64,000 bases of DNA from an uncultured Fidelibacterota bacterium (GTDB lineage Bacteria > Fidelibacterota > Marinisomatia > Marinisomatales > Marinisomataceae): contig CACGRA010000001.1 of the NCBI GenBank assembly GCA_902575395.1, positions 1,741-65,740 on the forward strand, read 5' to 3'. Shown one piece after another: positions 18,864 through 28,242 of the stretch. Numbering within the stretch: position 1 is the stretch's first letter; the number at the start of each line of letters is the position of its first letter. Made by a program: the position numbers and the translations under genes. The notes beneath the pieces were generated by a model. That model was not told where the DNA came from, made no database searches, and saw only the letters and a list, made by a program, of their open reading frames with translations.

Positions 18864-19564
18864 TATTCTTTAGCTTCCTCATCTGATTTTTCATTATCCT
18901 CTGATGATGCTTCGCTTTCGCCTGAATCAGCTGAACTTTTTTCACCCTGTTCCTCATCTGTTGACTCTTCAGACGGTTCTTCACCTTCTTCAGATACTTC
19001 TTCTACAACTTCTTCTTTCTTCGGCTCTTGAACAGAAACAACAGCAATATCTTCTGCTGTAACCATTTCTACATCATCAGGTAAAATGATATCTTTTACA
19101 AAAAGGCTTGAATTCATTTCAAGGTCTGATATATCAACAGACAACGCCTCTGGAACATTAGATGGTTTACAATTGATAGTAACAACATTTAAAAGCTGTA
19201 CTAAAATACCGCCTAATTTTACTCCTTCTGACTCTCCCTCTGTTCTTAATGGAACCTCTAGAGAAATCTTTTGATCTTCTTTTACTTGTTGAAAATCAAC
19301 GTGTATAATTTCATCTGTAACTGGATGATATTGAACTTCTTTCACAAGGACAAACTGCTCTTTGTCTCCAACCTTAATCTCAAAAATAAATTGCCCTGTT
19401 TTTAATGCTTTGTATAATTCATTTTTTTCTACTGAAAGCGAAGTGCCTTCTACGCCAGAATGATATAATACAGCTGGCACTTTGTTTTCTAATCGAAGTT
19501 TTCTTGCAAAAGAAGTGCCTTTTCCTTCACGAACGCTAACATTTAATTTTTCAAATTTACTCAT
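18863..19564 (-). CDS. rplY: 50S ribosomal protein L25/general stress protein Ctc, with long acidic C-terminal tail
   Basis: I moved the start to ATG 19564 (GAGGAAG upstream; MSKFEKLNVSVREGKGTSFARKLR). The last ~55 aa form an E/S/D-rich low-complexity tail. Confidence 0.88.
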   Translation of the reverse strand: MSKFEKLNVSVREGKGTSFARKLRLENKVPAVLYHSGVEGTSLSVEKNELYKALKTGQFIFEIKVGDKEQFVLVKEVQYHPVTDEIIHVDFQQVKEDQKISLEVPLRTEGESEGVKLGGILVQLLNVVTINCKPSNVPEALSVDISDLEMNSSLFVKDIILPDDVEMVTAEDIAVVSVQEPKKEEVVEEVSEEGEEPSEESTDEEQGEKSSADSGESEASSEDNEKSDEEAKE

Positions 19565-20525
19565 TTTTTTCTTCCTCAAATAATTGACTAACAGATTCAC
19601 CAGTATGAATTCTGTTAATTGTTTCTGCAAATATTTTTGCAGAAGATATTATTGTTAATTTTTCAATCTTTTTTTCATTAGGAATTGCAACTGTGTCAGA
19701 AATAAATACTTGATCAATTGCATCACTAGATAATCTATCCATTGCATTTCCAGATAAAACTCCATGCGTAGCGGCAATAGTTACCGATAGAGCCCCTTTT
19801 TCTTTAGCAACTTTTGCTGCATTGGAAATCGTCCCAGCAGTATCAATCATATCATCTATAATTAAAACATGTCTCGAAGATATATCTCCAACAAGGTAGG
19901 CTACTTCTGATTCATTGTGTGCGCTTCTTCTTTTATCAATCACAGCAAAGCCAAATCCTAACTGTTTAGCATATGCTTGTCCTAATTTGTTTGATCCAAC
20001 ATCTGGTGAAAGTACGCTTCGTTTGTGCGTATCATCAAAATTGTTAAAATGTTTTTTTAATTCAGGCATTAATACAAGGCTTCCATATAAATTATCAATC
20101 GGAATGCTTGAAAATCCTTGGATTTGTGTTGAGTGTAAATCCATTGTGATAATTCGATCTGCTCCAGCTGCAGAAATAATATCAATCATTACTTTTGCAG
20201 ATATTGGAACCCTTGGTTCATCTTTTCGGTCTTGTCTAGCATAACCAAGATAAGGAATTACTACGCTAATGCTCGCAGCGCTTGCTCTTTTGGCAGCGTC
20301 AATCAACAGAGCAAGCTCTATTGTATTGTCGCCTGGAGAGTTAGTGCTTTGAATAATATATACATCATTACCTCTTAAATTTTCTTCGTACTTCACCCAA
20401 AGCTCTCCATCACTAAATTTTTGAATGGAAAGATCCCCAAGCCTATTGTTAGCCAACTGTGCAATTTCTTCTGCTAACTTTAAGTTGCTGGTTCCTGAAA
20501 ATATCTTTTGTTTATATAATCCCAT
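19557..20525 (-). CDS. prs: Ribose-phosphate pyrophosphokinase
   Basis: 322 aa with the PRPP-binding block VLIIDDMIDTAGT and GYARQDRK. Confidence 0.95.
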   Translation of the reverse strand: MGLYKQKIFSGTSNLKLAEEIAQLANNRLGDLSIQKFSDGELWVKYEENLRGNDVYIIQSTNSPGDNTIELALLIDAAKRASAASISVVIPYLGYARQDRKDEPRVPISAKVMIDIISAAGADRIITMDLHSTQIQGFSSIPIDNLYGSLVLMPELKKHFNNFDDTHKRSVLSPDVGSNKLGQAYAKQLGFGFAVIDKRRSAHNESEVAYLVGDISSRHVLIIDDMIDTAGTISNAAKVAKEKGALSVTIAATHGVLSGNAMDRLSSDAIDQVFISDTVAIPNEKKIEKLTIISSAKIFAETINRIHTGESVSQLFEEEKNE

Positions 20526-20545
20526 ATTATTTTCTTAATCCTTTG

Positions 20546-20617
20546 TTGGGGAGCAGGGACTCGAACCCCGACTGCATGGACCAAAACCATGTGTCCTGCC
20601 AATTAGACGACTCCCCA
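20546..20617 (-). tRNA. tRNA-Gln (anticodon UUG)
   Basis: I folded the cloverleaf by hand. The acceptor stem is TGGGGAG/CTCCCCA. The anticodon stem CATGG/CCATG carries loop TTTTGGT. The T-arm is CGGGG-TTCGAGT-CCCTG. CCA is not encoded. Confidence 0.9.
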
Positions 20618-20624
20618 AATTAAT

Positions 20625-21452
20625 TTATTTTGGACCAGTAATGATTGTAGAGAAATGGGGACTGAAAGATTGATACGCATTTAACATATCTTCTTTTTTG
20701 GAGAATATTCCAAACACAGTCGAACCACTACCCGACAAACTGGCATATTTTGCACCTAAATCCAAAATTTTTAATTTGATCTTGCCAATTTCTGGATGTG
20801 TTTTAAAAACATACCCTTCAAAATCATTGTAAAATAACTCAGAACTTAAATTATTGTTTTTAAGTTCATCCAACATTTCGGCAAACTTAATGTTGGTTTT
20901 GTCTTTTAACAAACACTTTTTATAAGCATCTTTTGTATTGATTTTTACATCAGGAAGCACCAACAATATATATCGTTCATTAAGAACATCTTTGATACAC
21001 AATAATTTATCTCCTGTGCCTTCACCAAACTGTGTTCCTCCCTCAATAAAAAAAGGAGAATCTGCGCTAATCTTCTTAGACAGTTGAAATAGTTTCTTTG
21101 TGGAAATCCCCAAAGAAAATAATTTATTTAGTGTTTTTATTACAGCTGTCCCATTGCTTGATCCTCCACCTAAGCCAGCGTTTGTTGGTACATTTTTTTT
21201 AAGAAAAATTTTAACATTAGAAATATGGGGAAATTCTTGTTTAACAATTTCAAAAGCTTTTACACATGTATTGTTTTTATTGTCTAACCAATCAACGTTT
21301 GATTTAAAAATAAAATTATCAGATTTTTCGATTGATATTTGATCACAAAAATCAATTTCTTGAAAAATGGTTATAATGTTGTGAAAATTATCTTCTCTTT
21401 TATTAAGTATATGAAGACCAATATTAATTTTTGCATATGAATTAACTATCAT
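20625..21452 (-). CDS. ispE: 4-diphosphocytidyl-2-C-methyl-D-erythritol kinase
   Basis: GHMP-kinase motif PTNAGLGGGSSNG and N-terminus MIVNSYAKINIGLHI. I moved the start to ATG 21452, which overlaps the ispDF end by 11 nt. Confidence 0.88.
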   Translation of the reverse strand: MIVNSYAKINIGLHILNKREDNFHNIITIFQEIDFCDQISIEKSDNFIFKSNVDWLDNKNNTCVKAFEIVKQEFPHISNVKIFLKKNVPTNAGLGGGSSNGTAVIKTLNKLFSLGISTKKLFQLSKKISADSPFFIEGGTQFGEGTGDKLLCIKDVLNERYILLVLPDVKINTKDAYKKCLLKDKTNIKFAEMLDELKNNNLSSELFYNDFEGYVFKTHPEIGKIKLKILDLGAKYASLSGSGSTVFGIFSKKEDMLNAYQSFSPHFSTIITGPK

Positions 21453-22569
21453 CACCAAGAGTAAGTATTGTTTGAGCTCCCCACCCTTTAGACATATCAA
21501 TAAATGCCAGGGCGTTTGTTGTTGTGCTTTTAATAGATATCTGATCTGTTTTAATTTTTAAAACATCAGAGAGCGATTTTTTGATTGATTCTTTATGTGG
21601 AGATATTTTTGGTTCATTTAATACAATTGATGAGTCTATATGTAATATTTTTTTATTATTAGGTATTTTTTTAATGACTGTTTTTAATAATTCGATGCTA
21701 GAAATATTAAGGTTTTCTTGAGTGTTGGGAAAGTGCTCTCCAATGTCACCTAAATTTAATGCTCCTAATAGTGCATCAATAATAGAATGTGTTAAAACAT
21801 CGCCATCAGAGTGTGCTTTTGATGAAAAATTGCAGTCTATTTTGTGTCCCCCTATAATTAAGTGGTCTCCTTCAATAAGAGAGTGAAAATCAATTCCTAA
21901 CCCAGTTAAAGGTTTCGATAAAAACTGTTTTACAAGCTCTAAGTCTTCTTCGTTTGTAATTTTAATATTAATATTTTTGCTTTCTATTATTTTAATATCA
22001 TGTTTATAGTGTTCTAATAGGCTAGCTTCATCTGTAAAGTTTGCAAAATTGTCCTTATAGCAATTTTGAAGGGTGTTTAAACAAAAGGCTTGGGGTGTTT
22101 GAGAAAGCCATATATTCTCTCTGTTTATTGTTTCAACAATATTAGCGTTATCGATTTTTTTTATGGTATCATAAATCTTTTTTCCAACAATACACCCTCC
22201 ATTATCAGGACAATTTAATAATACATTTTCAATATCTTTTTTTGTGATGAGTGGCCTCACCGCATCATGAATACAAATTTTATCATATTTTTGATCAATT
22301 TGTGTAATAGCATTATAAACAGACTTAGCTCTAGTGTCTCCACCTTCACATAAAATTATTGATTTGGAAGCGTTATATTGATTTAAATCTTTTTGAATGA
22401 TATCATACAAATCTTTGTTTACAACAAGATAAACTATATCAATTAATTCAGAACCAAGAAAAGCGTCTAATGCATATTGATAAACCTTTTTATCAAGTAA
22501 CGGCTCAACTTGTTTATGAGAACCGTATCGTGTGCCTTCTCCAGCTGCTACTATTATGCCAGCATTCAT
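21442..22569 (-). CDS. ispDF: Bifunctional IspD/IspF (MEP cytidylyltransferase / MEcPP synthase)
   Basis: An N-terminal IspD block (GIIVAAGEGTRYG) is fused to a C-terminal IspF block (GLGIDFHSL .. AHSDGDVLTHS); 375 aa. Confidence 0.92.
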   Translation of the reverse strand: MNAGIIVAAGEGTRYGSHKQVEPLLDKKVYQYALDAFLGSELIDIVYLVVNKDLYDIIQKDLNQYNASKSIILCEGGDTRAKSVYNAITQIDQKYDKICIHDAVRPLITKKDIENVLLNCPDNGGCIVGKKIYDTIKKIDNANIVETINRENIWLSQTPQAFCLNTLQNCYKDNFANFTDEASLLEHYKHDIKIIESKNINIKITNEEDLELVKQFLSKPLTGLGIDFHSLIEGDHLIIGGHKIDCNFSSKAHSDGDVLTHSIIDALLGALNLGDIGEHFPNTQENLNISSIELLKTVIKKIPNNKKILHIDSSIVLNEPKISPHKESIKKSLSDVLKIKTDQISIKSTTTNALAFIDMSKGWGAQTILTLGDDS

Positions 22570-22571
22570 AT

Positions 22572-23624
22572 TTACATAATTAACATACTATCACCATAAC
22601 TAAGGAAACGATATTTTTTCTTTTTTGCTTCCCTGTAAGCAAGTTTAATAAAATCATAATCAGCAAAAGCTGATATAAGCATTAAAAGGGTGCTTTCTGG
22701 TGAATGAAAATTTGTTATTAATCCATCAACTATTTTAAAGTCGTAAGGTGGATGTATAAATTTATTTGTCCATCCTTTTTTAGGTGAAATTTGAAATCCA
22801 GAAACATTAACTGTTTCCAATGCGCGAACAGTAGAGGTCCCAACAGCAAAAATTCTTCTTCTTTTCAGTTTTGCTTCATTAATAGCTAATGCTGTTTCAG
22901 CGCTCACTTCAAAATATTCTGAATCCATGTGATGTCTATTAAGGTCTTCAACTTGAACTGGTTTAAATGTGCCCAGACCAATATGTAAAGTGATTGTATG
23001 AATTCTTACACCTTTTTTTTGTAATTTTTTTAATATTGCATCGGTAAAATGCAAGCCAGCTGTTGGAGCTGCAACCGCTCCTCTTTTTTCTGCATATACG
23101 GTTTGATATCTTTCACGATCGTTGTCTGTTGCATCTCTTTTTATATAAGGAGGTAACGGTGGGTGGCCAATTGCGTTTAGAATATTATCGAAATTTTGGT
23201 TTCCAAATTCAAACCTTACAACCCTTCCTCCGGAAACAGTATTATCAATAACATCACAAAACAAATCTTTGGATAAAATTAATTTGTTCCCTATGCGCAC
23301 TTTTCTTGCTGGCTTAACTAGCACTTCCCATAAACGGTCTCCCAATTCTCTTAGAAGAAAAATTTCTACTTTTGCATCTGTTCTGTCTTTTGTCGCAAAC
23401 AAACGAGCCGGAAATACTTTTGTGTTGTTAACGATTAACAAATCATTTTTTTGAAAATAATCAACAATGTTTTTGAAGTTTTTATGTTTTATCGATTTTT
23501 CTTGACGATTTAAAACCATCAATTTTGAAGTTTCTCGTTTTTGCTTTGGTTTTTGTGCAATAAACTTGTTTGGTAGTGCATATTTAAAATCAGATAATTT
23601 GTATTTTTTCTTTTTTTCAATCAT
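22572..23624 (-). CDS. queA: S-adenosylmethionine:tRNA ribosyltransferase-isomerase
   Basis: 350 aa with the blocks LPPYIKR, AAPTAGLHFT and GTSTVRALE. Confidence 0.95.
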   Translation of the reverse strand: MIEKKKKYKLSDFKYALPNKFIAQKPKQKRETSKLMVLNRQEKSIKHKNFKNIVDYFQKNDLLIVNNTKVFPARLFATKDRTDAKVEIFLLRELGDRLWEVLVKPARKVRIGNKLILSKDLFCDVIDNTVSGGRVVRFEFGNQNFDNILNAIGHPPLPPYIKRDATDNDRERYQTVYAEKRGAVAAPTAGLHFTDAILKKLQKKGVRIHTITLHIGLGTFKPVQVEDLNRHHMDSEYFEVSAETALAINEAKLKRRRIFAVGTSTVRALETVNVSGFQISPKKGWTNKFIHPPYDFKIVDGLITNFHSPESTLLMLISAFADYDFIKLAYREAKKKKYRFLSYGDSMLIM

Positions 23625-23627
23625 TAA

Positions 23628-24629
23628 TCAAGGCTCCTTTTTTATTACATTAAACATTTCATAAGCTTTATTTGTGGCTTTCCTTCCTCTTGAAGTTCTC
23701 TCAATAAAACCTTCTTTAATTAAGTATGGCTCATAAACATCTTCAATGGTTTGTAAATCTTCATTTACAGAAATTGCTAAAGATTTTCCCCCTGTAGGTC
23801 CACCATTAAACTTAAAAATTAAATTATTTAAAATTTTTCGATCCATTTCTTCAAGACCATTTTTATCAACACCAATGCTGTCTAAAGATTCTGAGGCTTG
23901 GGCAAGGGTAATCTTTTTGCTTTTTTGCACTTGTGCAAAATCTCTTACCCTTTTCAGTATCCGATTTGCAACCCTTGGTGTTCCCCTAGACCTTAAGGCA
24001 ATCTCATGAAGTGCATCTTCATCAATATTAACTTTTAGAATTTTTGATGTACGGTTTAGAACCTGAAAAATTTCATCGTTTTTATAATATTCAAGGCGAA
24101 AAATTGCACCAAATCTATCTCGCATTGGGGTCGTGATTTTCCCAAGCCTTGTTGTTGCTCCAACCAGTGTAAAGGGTTCTAAATCAATTCTTACTGTTCG
24201 AGCATTTGGACCAGAATCAATTAAAATATCTATGCGATAATCTTCCATTGCAGAATAAAGATATTCCTCAACAGTGGTGTTAATTCTGTGTATTTCATCA
24301 ATAAAAAACACATCGCGGTTCTGTAAGTTGGTTAACATTCCCGATAAGTCCCCTGGTATTGATATCACAGGACCAGAGGAGCTATAAAATCCTTTTTTGA
24401 GCTCATTTGCAATAATATTTGACAAGGTTGTTTTACCTAGCCCAGGTGGGCCATAAAGAAGAATATGATCAAGCGCCTCTTTTCTCTCTTTTGCAGCGAG
24501 AATATAAGTTTTTAAAGAATTAACTAAATTTTTCTGACCAATAAACTCTGTAAACAGATTTGGCCTAATTTGCTTATCAAAACTTCTTTCTTCTTTTGAT
24601 GAAATAACTATTTTTTCTTTATCAGACAC
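23628..24629 (-). CDS. ruvB: Holliday junction branch migration helicase RuvB
   Basis: Walker A LYGPPGLGKTTL, FIDEIHR and a C-terminal winged-helix region; 333 aa. Confidence 0.95.
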   Translation of the reverse strand: MSDKEKIVISSKEERSFDKQIRPNLFTEFIGQKNLVNSLKTYILAAKERKEALDHILLYGPPGLGKTTLSNIIANELKKGFYSSSGPVISIPGDLSGMLTNLQNRDVFFIDEIHRINTTVEEYLYSAMEDYRIDILIDSGPNARTVRIDLEPFTLVGATTRLGKITTPMRDRFGAIFRLEYYKNDEIFQVLNRTSKILKVNIDEDALHEIALRSRGTPRVANRILKRVRDFAQVQKSKKITLAQASESLDSIGVDKNGLEEMDRKILNNLIFKFNGGPTGGKSLAISVNEDLQTIEDVYEPYLIKEGFIERTSRGRKATNKAYEMFNVIKKEP

Positions 24630-24670
24630 TATACACTAAGATAATTAGAGAAACATGGTTATCCAAAAAA

Positions 24671-27484
24671 TTATTTCAATATTTTTTTTAAGAATTGACC
24701 TGTTATTGATTTTTTGTTTCTAACAATTTCTTTTGGGGCCCCCTGTGCAACAAGGTCCCCCCCAGCTTCTCCTCCTTCTGGCCCTAAATCAATAATCCAG
24801 TCTGCACATTTAATAACATCAAGATTGTGTTCAATAACAATAACAGTATTACCATTTGAAACTAACTTTTGTAAAACAGATAAAAGCATTTTTATATCAT
24901 CTACGTGCAGTCCAGTTGTTGGTTCGTCCAAAAAGTAAATGGTATTTTTTGTGCTTGTTTTTGACAGCTCTGTTGATAGCTTGACGCGCTGTGCTTCTCC
25001 TCCTGAAAGCGTGGTAGCTTGTTGTCCTAGTTTAATATACCCAAGACCAACATCTGATAACGTGTCTAGTCTTTTTTTAATAGAAAATATATTTTTGAAA
25101 AAAAGTCGAGCCTCTTCAACAGACAAATCTAATACCTCAGCAATGTTGAGGCCCTTAAACTGAATTTCTAATGTTTCTTTGTTGTATCTCTTTCCTTCAC
25201 AATCTTCACACGTAACATAAACATCGGGCAAAAAATTCATTTCAATTTTTTTAATTCCTGCTCCTTCACATGTTTCACACCTGCCTCCTTTTACATTAAA
25301 AGAAAATCTTCCAGGTTTATATCCTTTGATTTTTGCTTCGCGCGTTTCTGAAAAAAGTTCTCTTATATATGTAAAAACACCAGTATATGTCGCAGGGTTA
25401 GATCGTGGAGTTTTACCAATAGGTTTTTGATCAACACTAACAACTCTCTCAATATCGTCTGTGCGGAGCAAATTTTTAAATGGTAACATTTCTTTGGTGC
25501 CAAAATTCACCAAATTTGCAAGAGCTGGATAAAGCGTTTGGTTGATTAAAGAGCTTTTCCCGCTGCCTGAAACTCCCGTAACAGCTATTAGCCTGTTGTA
25601 TGGAAAGCTAACATTTATATTTTTTAAATTGTTCCCCTGTGCTCCTTTAATTGTAAAGTGGTTATGTGTAATTGTTCTATAATCAGGAATTTCAATTGTT
25701 TTTTTTCCAGACATATACTCAGCTGTGAGTGTCTTATTTTGGGACATCATTTTTTCTAAAGGACCAGAAAAAACAATTTCTCCTCCTTCTCTACCTGCTT
25801 TAGGCCCCATATCAATAATTTGATCTGCAGATTTTATTGTGCTCAAATCATGCTCAACAACAATAACAGTATTGCCAATCTCTCTTAAAGATTCTAATGT
25901 TTTTAAAAGACGGTCATTGTCTCTTGGGTGTAAACCAATTGAAGGTTCATCAAGAACATATAATACCCCTGTTAACTGTGAACCAACCTGTGAAGCAAGT
26001 CTTATCCTTTGTGCTTCCCCTCCAGAGAGAGTTCGTGATGCTCTATCCAATGTTAAATACCCTAATCCAACATTAATAAGAAATGAAAGTCTTTTTTCAG
26101 TTTCTTTTAAAATTCCTTTTGCAATTTCTTGGTCGTTTTTTGTAATTGTTAATTCTTTAAAAAAATTTAATGTGTCTTGAATGTTTTTTGTACACAAGTC
26201 TCCAATGCTAACGCTGTCTATTGTCACATTTAATGATGATTTTTTTAATCTTTTACCTTCACATGAATCACACTTTCGTGTGCTCATAAAGCCTTCAATC
26301 CATTTGCGTATTCCAAATGAACGAGTTTGTTTATATCTTCGCTGTAGCTCTGGTATTATTCCTTCCCATTCCCCAGTATATGTTCCAGACCATTTTTTGT
26401 TTTTAAAATCAATGTCTAAACTTTCTCCTTTTAAACCATATAAAAGAACTGTGCGGACTTCTTTGGAAAGTTTGTTCCATGGTTTCGAAAAAGAAAGAGG
26501 GTATTTTCTGCTCAAAGCTCTCAACTTGTTTCCATGCCAACCTTTTGGTTGGCTGCCAATAGGAACAACAGCTTCTTGTATTAATGATTTTTTGACATCT
26601 GGCACTACTAAATCAGGGTCCACCTCTGTAATGTGTCCTAAGCCATCACACTTACTACAAGCGCCATAGGGGGAATTAAATGAAAACATACGAGGAACCA
26701 GATCAGACAAGCTAACATAGGGGTGGTATGGACAAGCAAAGTGTTCGCTAAATAGAAAGTCTTGTTTGCCTTCAATATTAATAACACAAATTCCGTTACC
26801 CATTTTTAGTGCGAGCTCAACAGACTCTAATAATCTATACTTAATTTCTGGTTGAATAACAACTCTATCAATAACCGCGTCTATATCATGTTTTTTATTT
26901 TTTTCTAAATTGTGTTCTTTGCGCAAAGAAACAATTTTACTATCAATGCGGGCTCTTAAAAATCCTTTCTTTTTAATATCTTCTAAAATTGATTTGTGTT
27001 GTCCTTTTCTACCGCTAATAATTGGTGATAGTATATAAGCTTTTTTATCAGAACTAATTTTTAAAATTTGGTCTACAATTTGTTCTGGGCTTTGTTTGTC
27101 AATGGGTTCATCGCACTCCCAACAATGGGGCTTACCAATACTAGCATACAAAAGCCTTAAATAATCATGAATTTCAGTAATTGTTCCTACTGTAGACCTT
27201 GGGTTGCGAGAACCAGTTTTTTGTTCAATAGAAATTGCGGGAGAGAGTCCTTCAATAACATCAACATCGGGTTTTTCCATTAAATCTAAAAATTGACGTG
27301 CATATGCAGACAAAGATTCTACATATCTTCTTTGTCCTTCAGCATAAATTGTATCAAAAGCTAAGGAAGACTTGCCTGATCCAGAAGGCCCTGTTATTAC
27401 AATAAGCTTGTTTTTCTTAATATCAACACTAACATCTTTTAGGTTGTGCTGTCTTGCGCCTTTAATTGATAAAATATTTTTCAT
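24671..27484 (-). CDS. uvrA: Excinuclease ABC subunit A
   Basis: Two ABC modules (GPSGSGKSS and GVSGSGKSS), LSGGEAQR twice, and zinc-finger Cys pairs. The start is ATG 27484, or possibly 27490. Confidence 0.96.
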   Translation of the reverse strand: MKNILSIKGARQHNLKDVSVDIKKNKLIVITGPSGSGKSSLAFDTIYAEGQRRYVESLSAYARQFLDLMEKPDVDVIEGLSPAISIEQKTGSRNPRSTVGTITEIHDYLRLLYASIGKPHCWECDEPIDKQSPEQIVDQILKISSDKKAYILSPIISGRKGQHKSILEDIKKKGFLRARIDSKIVSLRKEHNLEKNKKHDIDAVIDRVVIQPEIKYRLLESVELALKMGNGICVINIEGKQDFLFSEHFACPYHPYVSLSDLVPRMFSFNSPYGACSKCDGLGHITEVDPDLVVPDVKKSLIQEAVVPIGSQPKGWHGNKLRALSRKYPLSFSKPWNKLSKEVRTVLLYGLKGESLDIDFKNKKWSGTYTGEWEGIIPELQRRYKQTRSFGIRKWIEGFMSTRKCDSCEGKRLKKSSLNVTIDSVSIGDLCTKNIQDTLNFFKELTITKNDQEIAKGILKETEKRLSFLINVGLGYLTLDRASRTLSGGEAQRIRLASQVGSQLTGVLYVLDEPSIGLHPRDNDRLLKTLESLREIGNTVIVVEHDLSTIKSADQIIDMGPKAGREGGEIVFSGPLEKMMSQNKTLTAEYMSGKKTIEIPDYRTITHNHFTIKGAQGNNLKNINVSFPYNRLIAVTGVSGSGKSSLINQTLYPALANLVNFGTKEMLPFKNLLRTDDIERVVSVDQKPIGKTPRSNPATYTGVFTYIRELFSETREAKIKGYKPGRFSFNVKGGRCETCEGAGIKKIEMNFLPDVYVTCEDCEGKRYNKETLEIQFKGLNIAEVLDLSVEEARLFFKNIFSIKKRLDTLSDVGLGYIKLGQQATTLSGGEAQRVKLSTELSKTSTKNTIYFLDEPTTGLHVDDIKMLLSVLQKLVSNGNTVIVIEHNLDVIKCADWIIDLGPEGGEAGGDLVAQGAPKEIVRNKKSITGQFLKKILK

Positions 27485-27553
27485 ATACAAAATAGTTAAC
27501 CTTCAATTTAGTAAAAACTGGACATGCTTCAAAAAAGGATTTATGTTATATAT

Positions 27554-28105
27554 ATGGGCACACTAAAAAACAAGCTATTGGTTGCTATGCCAAATATGAC
27601 AGATCCTTATTTTTCAAAAAGCGTTATTTTTATATGTGAATATAATAGAGACGGCGCTGTTGGTTTTATTATTAACAAACCTATTAGCACAATGAAAGTC
27701 CTGAGCTCTGGTATAAAAGATAAATTTTTTAAAGATTTAATAGCACAATCAAAAAAAATTTACTTTGGGGGGCCAGTTTCCATACATGAAGCGTGTATTT
27801 TAAGCAATGATAATATTGAAAATATTGACTTTAATACAAACGAAACAATAAAGCTTTCTAACGATTTTGAATTAATAAAAAAAATCTTATTTGATGATAA
27901 AGAATTTAAAAATACTAAACTACTTTTTGGACATTCTGCTTGGGAAAAAAACCAGCTAGACAATGAAATCAAAAACGGTGATTGGTTGGTACACGATTGC
28001 CCAGAAATTCTGTTTAATAAAAACCCTAAAACCCTATGGAGAGACCTAATAAAGCTGTTTGGTTTTGATAAGTTTAAAATGACGGGAATTAGTGGGGTTT
28101 CATGA
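27554..28105 (+). CDS. yqgE: YqgE/AlgH-family protein (UPF0301)
   Basis: The block LLVAMPNMTDPYFSKSVIFICEYNRDGAVGFIINKP is typical of the family. I took the start at ATG 27554. Confidence 0.8.
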   Translation: MGTLKNKLLVAMPNMTDPYFSKSVIFICEYNRDGAVGFIINKPISTMKVLSSGIKDKFFKDLIAQSKKIYFGGPVSIHEACILSNDNIENIDFNTNETIKLSNDFELIKKILFDDKEFKNTKLLFGHSAWEKNQLDNEIKNGDWLVHDCPEILFNKNPKTLWRDLIKLFGFDKFKMTGISGVS

Positions 28106-28221
28106 GTAAAAAAGCAAATAAATTTAACAATGGTTTATTGTTAATAATTAATGGTTGGGGGCTTATGAAAAAAGGTTTTTCACTTGTAAAAAAAGACATT
28201 TTTAAACGTCGCAAAAAATAA
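28102..28221 (+). CDS. Candidate small protein (39 aa), unannotated in the ORF track
   Basis: Its ATG overlaps the yqgE stop (ATGA). My translation is MSKKANKFNNGLLLIINGWGLMKKGFSLVKKDIFKRRKK*. It fills most of an otherwise unusually long 137-nt gap. Confidence 0.2.
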   Translation: MSKKANKFNNGLLLIINGWGLMKKGFSLVKKDIFKRRKK

Positions 28222-28242
28222 TATAAGTATTATATTCTTTCC

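Noticed and set aside
19565-19630. N-terminal extensions in the ORF track. They affect rplY (to 19630), sdhC (to 39729), rpmH (from 55022), ispE (to 21500), skp (to 4553), rpsF (to 16252), lpxB (from 30286) and yqgE (from 27524).
   Set aside because: The extensions overlap upstream genes or have implausible sequence. Internal ATG or GTG codons with AGGAG- or GGAG-type sites reproduce the canonical family N-termini, so I used the shorter starts.
26181-26669. Long antisense ORFs in the six-frame track. Examples are 26181-26669 and 25839-26180 opposite uvrA, 17894-18280 opposite hppA and 10034-10378 opposite the sulfatase. Others are 36358-36804 opposite sdhB, 43950-44312 and 45069-45518 opposite ppdK, 49794-50230 opposite the aldehyde dehydrogenase and 52946-53488 opposite the acyltransferase and ssb.
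   Set aside because: Each is wholly embedded opposite a strongly recognisable conserved gene. They have Ser/Leu/Pro/Cys-rich low-complexity translations typical of shadow frames, and they lack plausible ribosome-binding sites.
27485-27553. I looked for an SOS or LexA-type operator in the divergent uvrA/yqgE promoter region.
   Set aside because: I found no CTGT-N8-ACAG or GAAC-N4-GTTC-like palindrome in these 69 nt.
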